Shown in pieces: positions 63,487 through 64,000 of a stretch of 64,000 bases of DNA. Numbering within the stretch: position 1 is the stretch's first letter; each line of letters begins with the position of its first letter. The stretch lies in assembly GCA_034522175.1 (NCBI GenBank), contig JAXHLQ010000001.1, forward strand, positions 4,529,685 through 4,593,684, given 5' to 3'. Origin of the DNA: Deltaproteobacteria bacterium. Lineage in GTDB: Bacteria; Desulfobacterota; DSM-4660; Desulfatiglandales; Desulfatiglandaceae. The notes below the pieces were generated by a model. That model did no database searches. It worked only from the letters and a program-made list of their open reading frames with translations, and was not told the origin of the DNA. Position numbers and translations under genes: made by a program.

Positions 63487-63604
63487 AGGGGTCGTTCCCT
63501 GAGGTCTGGTGTCCTCTCGGAGGCGATACGTGTTTTGATCTATGCGGCGCAATCTGTCCATGAACCATAACCGTCCGGCCGTTCTTGCCCGGGCCTGATG
63601 GTGT

Positions 63605-63628
63605 TCCGATCCCGATCCCGATCCCGAT
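63605..63628. repeat. Tandem hexamer array (CCCGAT)x4; the right arm of the inverted repeat.
   Basis: TCCGAT CCCGAT CCCGAT CCCGAT, ending 22 nt before the peptidase ATG. Confidence 0.6.
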
Positions 63629-63650
63629 TTGGAAGGGGACTGTTACATGT

Positions 63651-64000
63651 ATGGAACCTCCTGAACGAAAGAACGAAATCCTTCATCGCATAGAGAGGCT
63701 CCAGGGATTGCTCCGAGAGCAGGACATTGACGGCGCCCTGTTGACCGAGCGTATCGATAGGGTTTATTTCACCGCTACGGATCAGGATGCCCATCTTTAT
63801 GTGCCCGCGGGCGGAAGGCCGTTACTCATGGTCCGGAAGAGCATGGACCGGGCGGTTCAAGATGCCGCGATAGACGACGTCGTTCCACTCAGAAGCTTTT
63901 CCGAGATTCTCCGCCTCATTCAGCGCCACAGTGGATACCTGCCCAGGCGAATGGGACTTGAACTGGATGTTCTTCCCATGCGGTTTTACCGGACGTACGA
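63651..64000 (+). CDS. M24-family Xaa-Pro peptidase/creatinase-like protein, N-terminal part (runs off the window end); a paralogue of 374..1595.
   Basis: The frame is open from ATG 63651: MEPPERKNEILHRIERLQGLLREQDIDGALLTERIDRVYFTATDQDAHLYVPAGGRPLLMVRKS...LELDVLPMRFY. It parallels the N-domain of the first peptidase (...ALLIIQRADLFYFTGTAQDGVLFIPAQGDPLL...ELDVIPARDFHFY). Confidence 0.7.
   Translation, partial: MEPPERKNEILHRIERLQGLLREQDIDGALLTERIDRVYFTATDQDAHLYVPAGGRPLLMVRKSMDRAVQDAAIDDVVPLRSFSEILRLIQRHSGYLPRRMGLELDVLPMRFYRTY

Noticed and set aside
63605-63628. The CCCGAT tandem repeats as a CRISPR or minisatellite locus.
   Set aside because: There are only four 6-nt units with no spacers and no cas genes. 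They are reported as a short tandem/inverted repeat instead.

Overview
This 64-kb window looks chromosomal and comes from a strictly anaerobic bacterium. The gene content suggests Desulfobacterota/Deltaproteobacteria (cytochrome-c-linked rnf, NuoEF-type flavoproteins, CooC), but that placement is inference only. I found no rRNA, tRNA, CRISPR array or mobile element.

Gene content, left to right:
- 1-1.6 kb: a partial hypothetical gene and an M24 peptidase.
- 1.7-19.5 kb: a redox block. rseC lies on the plus strand. A 16-gene minus-strand array then runs from 19456 down to 2165: membrane-anchored tetraheme cytochrome c, rnfC-D-G-E-A, an rnfB::GltD-like fusion, an active-site-less FdhA-like::NuoE fusion, DRTGG, PHP, a GHKL ATPase, a 2Fe-2S ferredoxin, a NuoF::GltD fusion, DRTGG, an RsbW-like kinase and a sensory-type [FeFe]-hydrogenase-like protein.
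- 19.8-22.8 kb: guaB-guaA.
- 22.9-25.7 kb: a btuFCD/fec-type ABC importer.
- 26.1-33.2 kb: thrS-infC-rpmI-rplT-pheS-pheT and a MerR-family gene.
- 33.2-43.3 kb: a long minus-strand housekeeping run (IHF-like, coaD, rsmD, pssA, psd, tsaB, rseP, dxr, cdsA, uppS, frr, tsf, rpsB).
- 43.8-44.9 kb: a dGTPase-like HD protein.
- 45.3-54.6 kb: a Liv-type ABC transporter interleaved with two acyl-CoA ligases and a lipoprotein.
- 54.7-63.0 kb: ftsB, a TPR gene, a MetE-like gene, HU, cooC, serC, asnS and recD2.
- 63.65 kb to the window end: a second M24 peptidase.

Main points:
1. The redox block looks like a non-canonical Rnf variant placed next to an Stn/Nfn-like NAD(H)/NADP(H)/ferredoxin flavoprotein module. 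That module is built on a formate-dehydrogenase-derived scaffold that lacks its catalytic residues. This is the most interesting candidate in the window.
2. At least 17 single-base frame disruptions, mostly at mononucleotide runs, split 13 otherwise intact genes, including the essential thrS and pheT. Most are probably assembly indels, so pseudogene calls here should be treated with caution.
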